Origin: Lytechinus pictus
Lineage: Eukaryota
Reading direction: 5' to 3'
NCBI RefSeq assembly: GCF_037042905.1
Contig: NC_087246.1
Coordinates: 55,800,001 to 55,864,000 of the forward strand
Length of the DNA: 64,000 bases
In this document: positions 51,999 through 64,000 of the stretch, piece by piece
How positions within the stretch are numbered: the stretch's first letter is position 1
Layout of the letters: each line of letters starts with the position of its first letter
Position numbers and translations under genes: made by a program
The notes under the pieces: generated by a model
What the model was told of the DNA's origin: nothing
Databases searched by the model: none
What the model saw: only the letters and a program-made list of their open reading frames with translations

Positions 51999-54900
51999 AT
52001 CGTATTTGTATATGTGGTATATACATATATATCTGCCATTTTAATAAAAGTACCAACTGTTCCCCGTATGTAGTAAGAGTGAAGAGGACCAAGTATTTTG
52101 GATCGGTTTTTCTATTTCTTAAACCCTTGGGACTTTCCTATACAACTTTCCTTAAATTCTAAATGGGTTTTAAATTGAAGAGTAATGGCAGCTGGGTGTG
52201 AACGCCTCTATTCCCGAAAGTCCCTTCAAAGAAAACTTGGTATTAGGAAAGGTAGACAGCCAAACAATAGATATGACGAAGCATTCCAACCTATATACCA
52301 CCCAAACCAGGCCACATCACCCCACGGCGATCCTCAGCGGCCAACTTTTACATCTTACCGTTGTTTGAGACAACAAAGTTTCGTGTCGACTTGGCTCTCA
52401 GTTGCCAGCGGTTATGACGAGGTTTTCACCTATACTCTTTCCTAGTTTCTCCCTTTCCCATTCTTTTGATACTTTGAATATTCATTCTCCCTCCATCTTA
52501 CCCCTCTTACTCTCTCTGTCTCTATCTACACTTTGCTCATCTTCCCCCCCTCTTCTTCATGTTCTTTACCGTCTCTCCTATTCTTTCAAATACTTAATTA
52601 CTTATCCGTCGTCTTTCTTTTAACTTTTAAAATTTCATTTTTCTTGTTTAATTTCTGATGAGTTTTTCTTCATTATTGATCGACTTTATTTCTTTCTATT
52701 CACCTGTCTTTTTTTTATTCAATACTTCTCTTCAACAAATAGGCCTACATTCGTTTCTCCCGAGCTTTTGAATCACTTATCAAATTTTATTTTTTTAACC
52801 AAATAATTTTGTCTCCATTAACAGGCCTTTTATCATCTCTCTATCTCCCTCTCATCCCCTCTCCCTCCTATTTTAACACTCCCTTTCCTACCTGCACTCT
52901 AGGAGCTATTTCATTGAATAAATAGCTACTGGTTGTTATAAGCTACTGAAATCATTGCATCTGATTGGCTCAGAGCAAGGGTGTTGAACAAAAATTTTCA
53001 TGAAACACTCCGAAGATGTCTGTATCACCCCTCTTTCCATTGTCCCATCCCGATGCATGTATTTCGTTCTCTCCCCCACTTCCCTTTCCCCATCATCAAA
53101 CTCCACACTCAATGTTTTAACACTTAAATTTCAACCTCCTCACTTAGGCCATCTACAAAGGGAACATAATATATCTAGAGGATAGAATCCGAGAGGTAAC
53201 AAAATATTAAAGGAGGGAGAAAGTGAAAATAGATGATTCGAGCAAGTTATTATTGGGAGGCCAATGACCTGTTAAAACACGTAGAATATCGGTCATGGTG
53301 GTAATGAACTGGTATAACCGAGAGTTTCAGAGCCAATGAACTTGGAAAAAAGGTGTGAAAACGAACAGAGGCATGTTTTCTTTTAGATACACTCGAACTA
53401 CCTTTAGTTTGGTTGTATTGAAACTAGTTGTTCAGTATAGAGTTGATTTCTTCCATTTTAAGTCAATTAACCTTTATTTTGTAAGTCCTATTTAAAGATC
53501 CACAGGCGGGGAATTCAATTGCACCAAACAAAGTTTTTACTTTCAATCGAAAACGTACTTTGCAATGTATCATTTTATATTTTTAGTGATAGTAGCTATG
53601 CTCATTTCTCTAATCATAAGTACATAAGCATTTGACTAAATTCTGGAATAAACTAAAATATTTTCCGATAAAGCATACCGGTCAGTTAGAGCTGTAGTCA
53701 AGAGCAAAAATGTAGAAATAAAATTCAAATGGATTCTTTTCCCGCTAAAGTCGACAAACGAAATTGGGTTTCACATTTGCCTTTTTTTGTAAATAAATGA
53801 TGCTGATATTTAGATATATTTTAGACGTACACATGTATTCAACAAAATGAAGGTTCCCGTAGACCAACGTAAAGATTGAGATCAGACCGAGGAAAATAAA
53901 CAGTATATTAAATAAATTGACAAATAAAGGATAGATTGATAGATTCCTATCTGAATGAATATTAACCAACAAAGCAAATGAATGAGTGAAAAAAATAAAT
54001 AGAAAAGACTGTCATGTAAAAATATGATATGTGCTGATAAAATAACGTTAAAAGTTTCTGACATATATAATGTTATTTTTAATTTATCAGAAAATGGTAT
54101 AAGAGTAGATTTGAAATAGACTTATTGATTAGTTGGAAATCATCCTCAGTGGTAAAGAAAGGTATCTCAGAGCGTCAATTGGTAGACCCGGTGTTCTACA
54201 CTTCCCACAACGTTTTACTCATTAAAATAATCCAATTTGATGTTTCGGTTCATTAGAATTCTAACTTCCATTTCTTTTCACATTCAACTTGTAATATCTA
54301 ACTAAGTCTGATAATGATGAACTATACTTGTCAATAGGGATCAGACTTTTAACAGTCAAAAGAGAAATGGGATTTCGCCCGATAAAATTTTATCAAAATC
54401 GATGTAACACCTGTAATCCAGCATGTTTCCTAAAGAAAACATCAATATTACAAGCTTCTTCAACGATTACAACCTGGGAAGCGCTCAAAAAGAGCGAAAA
54501 TTCCCATGGATTTTCAAATCGATACCATATTCTGTAGAGCGTAATTATTTCGTCGAGAAATACGAAAGGAGTGAACGGGATGACCAATACGGGGTTCGTC
54601 GCAAGGAGACGACTCAAAAGAATTAATAAGATGCGAAGGAATTTCACGGGAATGTCGTATCGATAATCGATATTCATTGCTAGATCGAAAAGATTAATCC
54701 GAAAAATTTCAAAAGAAGCCTATTCGTGTAGGACCTGAATGAAACAAAAGGCTCGGTCCCTCTCGTTTTCCGATAATGATCAGCTTTAAAGCTTCAAGTG
54801 AATAAGGTCTGTATTGAACAATCGTGTAACCAGTTGTTGGTACAACATGTCAGAGGATTCTTTTATCCCAGAATCCTAAAGAGCATCAATACGGGTGCGG

Positions 54901-55236
54901 ACTTGTACCCCTTTCTCTGGCTCAACAGGTACATCGAAGGGAACAATGGCGAAGCGGTGGTCCTTTTATTCAGGGCAGGTTATAAGTACCCCAAATATTT
55001 GGAGTGCGTATGACAAAAGGATGGGAGTTCTAATCCAGAGGTCGATGAATTCGCAAGGACAGGAGAGCGCCATGGTCGTTTTTTTTAATACCAGCGTGTG
55101 CGTGAGTGTATGGTGAGGACGGTGGGTGTACGAGGTTGTGTGTATTTGGGTCCTTTTGGTTTGTGGCCTCGACGGCGTTCCATCTTATCTTAGACACTTC
55201 ACTGTGGTGTTAACGTGGTAACGACATCCACACTGA

Positions 55237-55657
55237 CATACTGGAAAGAACACAATGTGTTCACAGCATGTTCACAGCGTGTTCACATTGGGTTCACAGT
55301 GTGTTCAGTGTGTTCACAGTGTGTTCACAGCGTGTTCACAATGTGTTCACAGCGTGTTCACATTGGGTTTAACAGTGTGTTCACAGTGTGTTCAGTGTGT
55401 TCATAGCGTGTTCAAAATGTGTTCACTGTGTTCACTGTGTGTTCACATTGTGTTCACAGTGTGTTCACAGTTGAATAACATTGTGTTCACAGTGTGTTCA
55501 TAGCGTGTTCACAGTGAGTTCACATTGGGTTGAGAGTGTGTTCACAGTATGTTCTCAGTGTCGAGTTAGAATGTGAATTCATCTCCACACGCATTCATAT
55601 TCCACACTATGTACAAACTGTGAACACACTATGTGATGTTTTGTTCTTTCCAGCACG
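55237..55657. mobile_element. MITE with internal (GTGTTCACA)n minisatellite
   Basis: TIRs CTGGAAAGAACA / TGTTCTTTCCAG; many GTGTTCACA units, one inverted (TGTGAACAC) near the right end. Confidence 0.7.
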
Positions 55658-56214
55658 AACGACCAAACAATTATGCCTGATGCAAATCAAGTTCCAGCAA
55701 TTTTTTTTTTTGAGAGACTGTTGGTTCATTAGTGGTCAACAGTTACTTCTTTAAAACTTGAAAATCGTCGTTCAGTCCGGGACGGTTGCCATCAGGCACT
55801 ACAGAGTACCCACCCACGCCCAGATGGAGTGTGATATTAGTTTAAAAACAAGTGTTATACCAAAAGAAAGTCATATTTTCTATATTTCGTTACACTGAAA
55901 TCAATAGATAATCATTTTTCCATGCATGGTCATGGGAAACTTACACAACTTAAGTATTTTTCTCTGGAAATCATCAAGCGTTAAATAAAAGAAAAGTATC
56001 GTACTTTTATTAGCCGTCCTTCGTGATATTTCCGTATTCACTTTATTGATTATTGAATGTATATTTTTTAAAAGTGAGGTCTTTTTCTCCTGGTCATCGT
56101 GGTTCAATCCATCAAAATGATGATGTGAGTGTTCTTTCTTAGCCTGCAATCATGTATCCATCATGCATTGCATCTAACGAAACTCTTCTTTGAGCTGTGA
56201 CCTCCCCTTTCCCG

Positions 56215-56246
<32 letters not shown>

Positions 56247-57247
56247 CCGCTCCCTCTCTCTCATTCGCAAGCACTCTCCCAATCCTCTTTTTTTTTTATC
56301 TTACGTTACGATATATCTATAGAGAAAACGTAAAAGTAGCGTACAACAAAGACATAAATAATTACATAACAGGTTTGTAACGAGTGGGGCTGCCTAGGAA
56401 AGTTGAGCTTGCATATTGCTATTACAATAGAATTTCCAAAAATAGATATTTTTTTTAATAAAAAAAAAACATACTGGAAATTTCTTTTTATTATTCTTCA
56501 CGATCTACTTAAGATATTCTTACTTCTATGACGAACTTGAAGATCCGAATACAATATAGTTTTCTGCATTTGATAATGAGTTAACTGATGAAAAAGGTCC
56601 CCTCTTTCTCATGTTTCATTTAATCTTTCGTCCGTCCTATTTTAATCAAATACTCCACATTTCGTGCACATATCTCCCCCAATGAATATTAATGCAATTC
56701 ATTGTCATTCGCCTTTCACTGTGAATTGTCACCAAAAAGTAGTTTCCTTTTTAAAATCAATTCATGGTGACTTGTTAAAACCTTCTTCGAGACGCTGGAC
56801 AACACCTGTCGTAAAATTTATTAATCATTAATCTACCTTTTTATTCATTGTGAATAAAATGGATAGCAAGTAAGTGTCCGCTTCTTCTTGGTTACTAACT
56901 CGTCGTATTAAACTATAAGACCTTTACAACCGTTCCATTTCTGAATTTGAATGAATGCCCCACTTTTAGACCTTTCCTCAGTTGTATTTTAATTTTCTCC
57001 ATTTCACTTTATCATGACTTTCGTTACTATTTGTGAAATTCTACACCAATACGAAATATCATTAAAAAACGATTTCGATTCAGCTACCTTTCCCGCACTT
57101 TTCACATTATTTCTACCCTCACTTTCTATCCCCTTCACGTTTGAATGTTATTACAAATTGTTACATTTGAATATTATGTATCTACTAGCCGCATTTGTAC
57201 AATTTAGTTTTAATTTCAATTTCAAATTATTTAAACAATAGCATATA

Positions 57248-57441
57248 CACAGTAAAAAATAGCACGTTGTTTAAGCCTGTCACGCTAACAACAGGTTGTT
57301 TAAACTTTTTAGTAATTGTTTAAACTTTTTAAACAGCTTGTTTAAAAAGTTTAAGCAGCTGTTAAAAAAGCTTAAACAGCAGTTGTTCGAGTGACAAGCT
57401 TAAACAACGTGCTGAAAATTTTGAACAGCGTTTTTACAGTG
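57248..57441. mobile_element. EnSpm/CACTA-like palindromic MITE, TA flanks
   Basis: TA|CACAGTAAAAA...TTTTTACAGTG|TA; internal AGCACGTTGTTTAAGC / GCTTAAACAACGTGCT. Confidence 0.75.
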
Positions 57442-60400
57442 TAACGCGTTTCCTGGTCATTCACATTATCTCTAAAATAACAAGATGCAACAGCAAAGTG
57501 TTTGGGCAATGCTAATGACGAGGTTTTTGTGCAAGATTTGCTCTTGATCGCCACCAACCCACCTCTCTCTCTTACTTTCATCTCCCTCTCGTTCCCCCTT
57601 CTCAAAAACCTCTATCTTGACCTAGATTAAGAGAGATACGAGGAGGTTGTGACGAGTCTTAAAACAAATCAAATGAATAGAACAATCTTTGATCGCGGTG
57701 ACGGACAGCCTTGGATCCCTCTCTCTCCCATTCGATGCCTCTCTATAGTATTGATCCGCATAAATGGCATAACTCGGTTCGATTAAAATCTCCTTCATGC
57801 TCGCATCGATGATAGAAATATTGAGAAAGTGCCACCTGTTGAAAGGCCGACACCTTTCAATAATTTACTCAAGAAAACAATAGGTGCGATGAGTCACACG
57901 ATTTGATGGGGCCATCGCTAAGAAGGCGCCATTGTCCGTGGCCATTTTATGCTTCCGTCATACCAACGAAATCGACCCAAACCGATTGATGGACTGTCAT
58001 TGGTAATAACGTGTATTATCTTTAGTAGATCTGAGGTTGGTAAGAGCAGTGTGACTGCGTCATCATCCTCGTATCGATATGAAGGCGCCGATCATCATAT
58101 TTCGCATTCTTGCATCGATTACATCCGGGTATTACTGAGTAGGCCAGGGCTCTGGATAAAAAAAATTAACAGAATTGAATGAGAAGTATACACTCTCTAT
58201 TCTTTTCCCCATTCTTCTTCCTTCCTTTGTTCTTTCCTTTCCCGTGTCTTGTAGAGGTATTGCGGTGTCATAAAATGTAATAAGACAATCACGTACAAAA
58301 TCGATATAATGCTGATATTAATCAGGAAGGAATTTAATGCATGCAGTAATGAATAGCAGAAATGAAGACAAATCGATTCCTAAATTGATTGTGATTTTGA
58401 TTTTTTTTTAATGGAAAAGGGCCCATTATTATGCAAGTGTTATACTAGGACCAATTTATGCGGAAATGATATTGAGAAATCTCTCTAGAGAATGTTGGAC
58501 TTAAGAATAAATTTCAAGTCGATCTCGAAATCTATTCATGTAAAATTAGGCCTCATGATGTTATCCCAATGAATCTACTTACATATCTTATTCAGTTATT
58601 TAGGAATAAAAGGATTAGCAAGTCCCAGAATCTTACAAAAGATTTCGATGAATTCAAATAGGGATTTTATTTCCGCCTGATTTATTTGTTTCCCAATTTC
58701 AAGATGCTAACAAGGCTTATTACAGAGATTTGTTCAAATACAATGTAAGAATTTCGTTTTCCAAATCTGTTCAATCTGTAAAGCTTGTTCAATAATCGCA
58801 AAAATCCTGTAAGATGCTTTTGGGAAACAAAATCTTCTTTTGAGTGTTTAAAAAAATATCGTGTAATAAGAATACAGGGTTTTAAATGGTTGGCGGTTGT
58901 AAGCTTGTAGTTCGTAGTGTAATGCGGATTTGATGACGAAAATTACGTCAGGGTCGAGTTTTTCTGCTCCCACTGCACGATCAGATTAAAAAAAATATAT
59001 TTCATCGGCATTGTGTGGATGAACGGTCCCTTAAGATTCACTTTTAGGGGTTCTGTTTTGAGAATTCATTTGTCCATGTCGGTTATTTGTTGTGCTTTCT
59101 ATTAATCCTCGGTGTTAATCTCGTTTGGGATTAAAACAGTTCAGCGGTGCGGGACCGGTAGACAGCGTAAATCCAGGCTGGCGACTGGCGAGTTTTGGCG
59201 GGGGCGGTCGAGTGTTGGAATGGTTTTTTTTAAGAAAAGAGAAAACGGTTACCGGTAATCGAAGATCATCAAAATCACCACAAAACAATATTTAAAAGGC
59301 ACCTCACAAACTCAATGTTACACTTTTTCAATTTCCTTTCATGCACAATACATAAAAAGACGATTAGTCTGGTCTCAAAGAATTGATAGCTGTTTCAAGA
59401 ACCGAGGCATATTATCAATGAAGTGAATCTGGTCATAAAAAGGTGTTTTCCTTTTTCACATTGTAGTGAAGTAAACTGAAGCCAAACACGACGAAGGGTG
59501 GATTTCAATGGCCGCTAACGGACTCAACTATAGTGTTTATGGGTCATAAAAATCTTTCACATTTACGGCACAATTCGATACTTTACCAGCTTTGAGTTAC
59601 GTAATTGTTTCACATATACTTACAGGTTTAGCGAAACCCCCAAAACACCGATCAGTAACTCACTCGCAATATTCAAAGTCTTTTAAAACCCCTCTAAAGG
59701 TTTTTTTTTTTTTGGGGGGGGGGCATTCATTAAATTTTTAAGAGAAAATAATAAAAAAATGAATCTTATTTAATTTGAACAACATCCTCTTCTAACTAAA
59801 AAGGAAATTTACCTATGATCTAGTTTAATAAATAACAGGAGTACCGACCCAAAAATAAGGGGAATGTAAAATATTCATCACATATTTTACACATTTTTTA
59901 AAAAGTCTTTGATACGTCACCGACGTCGCTGTTGTAACTTTAATTCTACACAACTACACGAATGTATGCAGTGTAATTCAAACAAGGTCTGTTTTATCAT
60001 AGTAAATCAGAGCTACACATCTGTAAACAAGGAATTGTTATTCAAGACCGAAATGGGTACATGCTTCATCCTAGTGAATAAGAAACCAACATAATTTTAG
60101 CTGAAGTCTTGGGGTTCTGTACATTTTTACCCGAAAATGCATTTTTAACTGTATATTGATTTACCTTGGGAAAGATTTACGAATATTAAAATTGTTTTGA
60201 TTTTTTTTTACCTGAATAGAAGGCTGCGGTGGTGTAATGAGCCAGACATTTAGAAGGGGCCAAACATGGCGTATGGGACAAAGTTCCCTAAAATTATGCT
60301 AGAGAGCGAGGCGATCTAAAATATTGTCCCTTTCAATATTAAACACTAATTTTGTGATTGATTTCTACATAATAACGAGAGAGTATATCTTTGGTCAATC

Positions 60401-60789
60401 ACCTGCCTTTTTTCTCTCTCTCCTTGTCTCCATTTTGACTGGTTCATAAAATTTTACTCTATTTTTTTTTGGGGGGGTGGGGGGGGTACATGACACCCCA
60501 ACCCCATAATGTCCGTCAAGAGGGCGGAAAGCATCGAAATGAAGATGTAATCTTAGTGAGAGTTTTATTTTTCAAATCATCTAAAACAAATAGTTTTACA
60601 TCTACTTTAGATCACGTGTCATTAGACAAAGAATGTGAAAGAACAACTCAAGGTGTGATTACGTAACTGATTAATGAAAATATTCCAGAATAATACGATG
60701 GATGGCTAACTATATGAAACGTTTTTATTTTACATAATAAATATTCAATAGAAGAAAGGAATAAAGAAGGGGATGGCTTAAAAAGATAA

Positions 60790-60885
60790 GAAGGATGACA
60801 AGAAGAAATAAAAATAAAGAGAAGAAGAGAAAGAAGAAGAAAAGAAGAAGAAGAGAAAGAAGAAGAAAAGAAGAAGAAGAAAAAG
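60790..60885 (+). repeat. Purine-rich (GAA)n-type simple repeat
   Basis: AGAAGAAGAGAAAGAAGAAGAAA units. Confidence 0.85.
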
Positions 60886-63800
60886 ACAAATAAATGAAAT
60901 AGAAAGGGAGAAGAAAATGAAAACTACAATTTGACTATCGTTTAACATTTCAATGTACTTTATTACCTTAGAAAATAGCGAATGTGTTTATACTATACAC
61001 TGTGCCAAGAATTCATGTCCCTGTATTGAAATGCACCATATTACTTCAGATACATAAGTAATTGTATGGCAGAAATTTTTGTTCAATTATGAATTATATG
61101 ACAACTTGACAAGGACTCAAACCTAAGGATGTCGTATAAAATAATTTGACGACACAAGTCAAAGAATTCGAGCCCAAATCCTCTTCGATCTCCCCAAAAG
61201 TTATTGATCGTGTATTGATCTGTTTTAGGCGACATCTTTAGGCTTGACATGGGTTGACAATAGAAGCACGTGTCCCAAGCTTTCTAATCAACTCACTCTC
61301 CTTTCATCGGCTTTTGATCCCTATTCAGTTCGACCCTCACCACCCTCCATAGACCTCTTATTCATCACCCGATCTCCCAAACTCGTCCTATTGTGTGGTT
61401 TGTAATCTCTTGTACCCTATACAATGGCGAGTATAGAAGTTTTCAATGGCTTGAATGTGAAGAGTGGCGGGCCGCATGCACGGGCAGAGGAGCTCCTTTA
61501 CCCTTGCGCATGGGATAGCTATGCCGCCAGTCGGGCGGGTTGACCAAGACGATGTGTGGGTGGAAGATACCACGAGGATAATTCATTCTTCTATTGATAT
61601 CACCCCCTCTCCATCAGTCTCAAAGCACATTGGAATACTGAGGCCTGTCCCGTAAGCGCATTACCTCTCACCATGAATAACATTTCTACAATTCAAACTA
61701 TCTTATTCATATTTGCGATGGCGTTATTCATCCTGTTTCAGACCAATACAACTATGGATAACAGTTTAAGCAATATAAATAATAATTCTTCCCGTTCTAC
61801 ATTATTAAAAAGGCCTGAGACTTTATGAGCTCTTAAGATTAAAAGTAATTTGATTACATGCCGCAAGTTAACGGATCTATTCTTCGTTGAATAAATTCCA
61901 ATATTGGAGATGAAATATAAATGTTTCTTTATTTATTTTTTCAACAAATCACTCTCAAGATCGATATTTCTTTTTACTCCCTCATGCTGGGGGAAAATAG
62001 AAAATGATAGAGTTTGTCTAGAATAGGAAATAATAATTAAGAAAGTTGTACCTACAGAATATCATGACATTAATTTATTCAAAGTAATGAGAAAGTCGAG
62101 ATAATTGCTGTTAATTATGTCACTCCCCAAAGAAAGTGGGAGTGTATAGGAATTTTATTTTGACAAGAAATCAACCTTTTTTCCATCAAGTCATTCAAAT
62201 GGCTTCTCACGAATGTACGAAGTGAAAATTTCCATATTATAATTCCACGTGATTCCTATTGAATAACACCGTTTAAATTCCATAATTATATCAAATCTAT
62301 TTCAGATACATAGGGGGAAGATGGATGTTGACTTATTAAGATTGTCATCTCATTTCATATTAAAGCTTATTTAATTTTCAACAATAAAAAAGTATAATGT
62401 CATATCATGACATGATTATCACCATGATCAAGTAAACTTATATTCTCTTTAGCCCTTTGCGCGCTGATGTTGCAATTTTGCACATTCGAACAATTGAATT
62501 TAACAATAAAAATTGTAATAATTAAATTTCTCATCTACATATATATTTAATAGAAGCTTAAAAATGACAATAGTTCTTGGATAACATCTATATAATAATC
62601 ATAAGTATCAATGGTGCAATGTGGAAATCTTGAATTAAAGAAAATAACATGAAAACAATGGTCATTATTATACCCCAAAATTAATTCAGAATGCAAAGAG
62701 TTAATATATACATTAAAAGTGAAACATAGCAGGGTTCTGACCAGCACGATCATGACAAATTTTTTTGTAACTTAAAAAAATATATTTTTCTTTAATGATT
62801 CCCAATAAAGTCCGTAATACGTATAAAAAATAACGTATAACTTGATATATTATTTACATGCAATGAAGACAGTTGTGAAACAAAAAAGACAAGGTTTTAA
62901 ACTTACGAATTTGACAGGATGTCGCTATTCAAGCCATTACATAAACGATCAGAATAAAGAGTAACTTTATGAGATCGACAAATGTTTGCCCCAAAAGTTT
63001 TACGGATGCTACGTGTTGTTTTTATTTTCTAACCTATATTGATATCAATAATAGAATCTCGAACTATGAAGTTCGGGGAATTCTCTTGATATGGACTTAC
63101 ACGTCATACAATATGCCCCTGACGACCAACATCTAAAGGTGTATCTCAAAATATTATTGTCCTCTGGAAAAACAAACAAGTAGTTGAAACGTAACGAAAC
63201 TAAATTACTTGATTTCACGATAAGTTTAATCTTCTGTCAGAATTAGTTTATAGTTCCGAATAGACTGCTGCACCCTTTTGATGACCTTTAATTCTTTCTT
63301 TGATCGCTTCGATATGAATACACTACTGGATTATAAAATTAATCGTTTTGTTCACAGCGTTGTTTGTATCTTAGAGGAAAAATGCCGATTTAAACGAATA
63401 ACGACGTAAATCGATTTAGGATTTCCGTTTTCGATTATGTGCTTTTTAATGTAATTGAAAACCCAAGGTAAAATTCTGTTCGGCCAAATAATGTTGATTA
63501 AATAGGATAGTTTAATTTCGAACAAAATCTAAATGAGATAATTCAACGTTTAAGAAACATATTAACGGGAAAGGAAATATAGGATTTTATCTGTATTGGA
63601 ATGTTACAATGATGAACTCAAGAAATGAACAATACCGACTATTATGTTTTTTTTCTCAGTAAGATTAATCTGTGTCATGTATTCGTATTTTTTTATGTCA
63701 AGAATACTGGAGCCGGTTTAGGAATTAAGAGCGGTATACGTCTTACAAGACACTGAAAACCAAAGTTATAGGAACCTAAAATCTGTATTTACACGACCCA

Positions 63801-64000
63801 AGAGATCTCCCACCAATTACAATAGAAATCGAGAAAGTTGTTTACATCAATATTGCATCGCTCGATCTACTCTCAATAAAGTAAATCTTATTTAAATCAC
63901 TTTTATTTCAATGTAACTTTCCTTTACATGCTATTTGTTGGCTATGGATAGGAGACGTTTGGCATGAGGCGAAAGGATTGATAAATTCATTAGGGAAAAG

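Noticed and set aside
51683-52162. Longest ORF in the track (159 aa)
   Set aside because: Artefact of reading through the N gap.
55215-55503. Cys/His-rich ORFs (CSQCVH repeats) resembling metal-binding proteins
   Set aside because: Translation of the GTGTTCACA minisatellite inside a MITE.
62447-62490. piggyBac-like left end (TTAGCCCTTTGCGCGC)
   Set aside because: No matching right TIR or TTAA TSD found within the window.
22000-64000. Irx homeobox exon
   Set aside because: No TALE homeodomain peptide (e.g. NPYPTKGEK, WFANARRR) in any supplied ORF or in the regions I translated.

Overview
AT-rich, repeat-dense animal genomic DNA; the repeat families look echinoid (sea-urchin-like), which is inference. 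It contains a 139-N scaffold gap. The only protein-coding gene I can support is the 5' end of an intron-containing Sowah (sosondowah ankyrin-repeat) gene on the minus strand: exon 1 at 21650-21521 and exon 2 at 11497-11436. Later exons were not found and probably lie left of the window. Its introns are packed with non-autonomous DNA transposons (Harbinger-, Tc1-like), a tRNA-derived SINE and a CR1 3' fragment. One 4.9-kb Harbinger-like element carries a decayed spliced minus-strand gene. The ~42 kb upstream has no recognisable CDS. It alternates MITEs (hAT-, Kolobok-, Tc1-, EnSpm-like) with unique, CpG-retaining, TF-motif-rich blocks, as expected for the Irx-Sowah genomic regulatory block. The most unusual signal is a strong excess of 8-bp TA-NNNN-TA palindromes (TACATGTA, TAGGCCTA, TACCGGTA, TAGATCTA). 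One is demonstrably a 6-bp insertion at a TA, which suggests pervasive transposon excision footprints. Nearly all ORFs in the supplied track are spurious.
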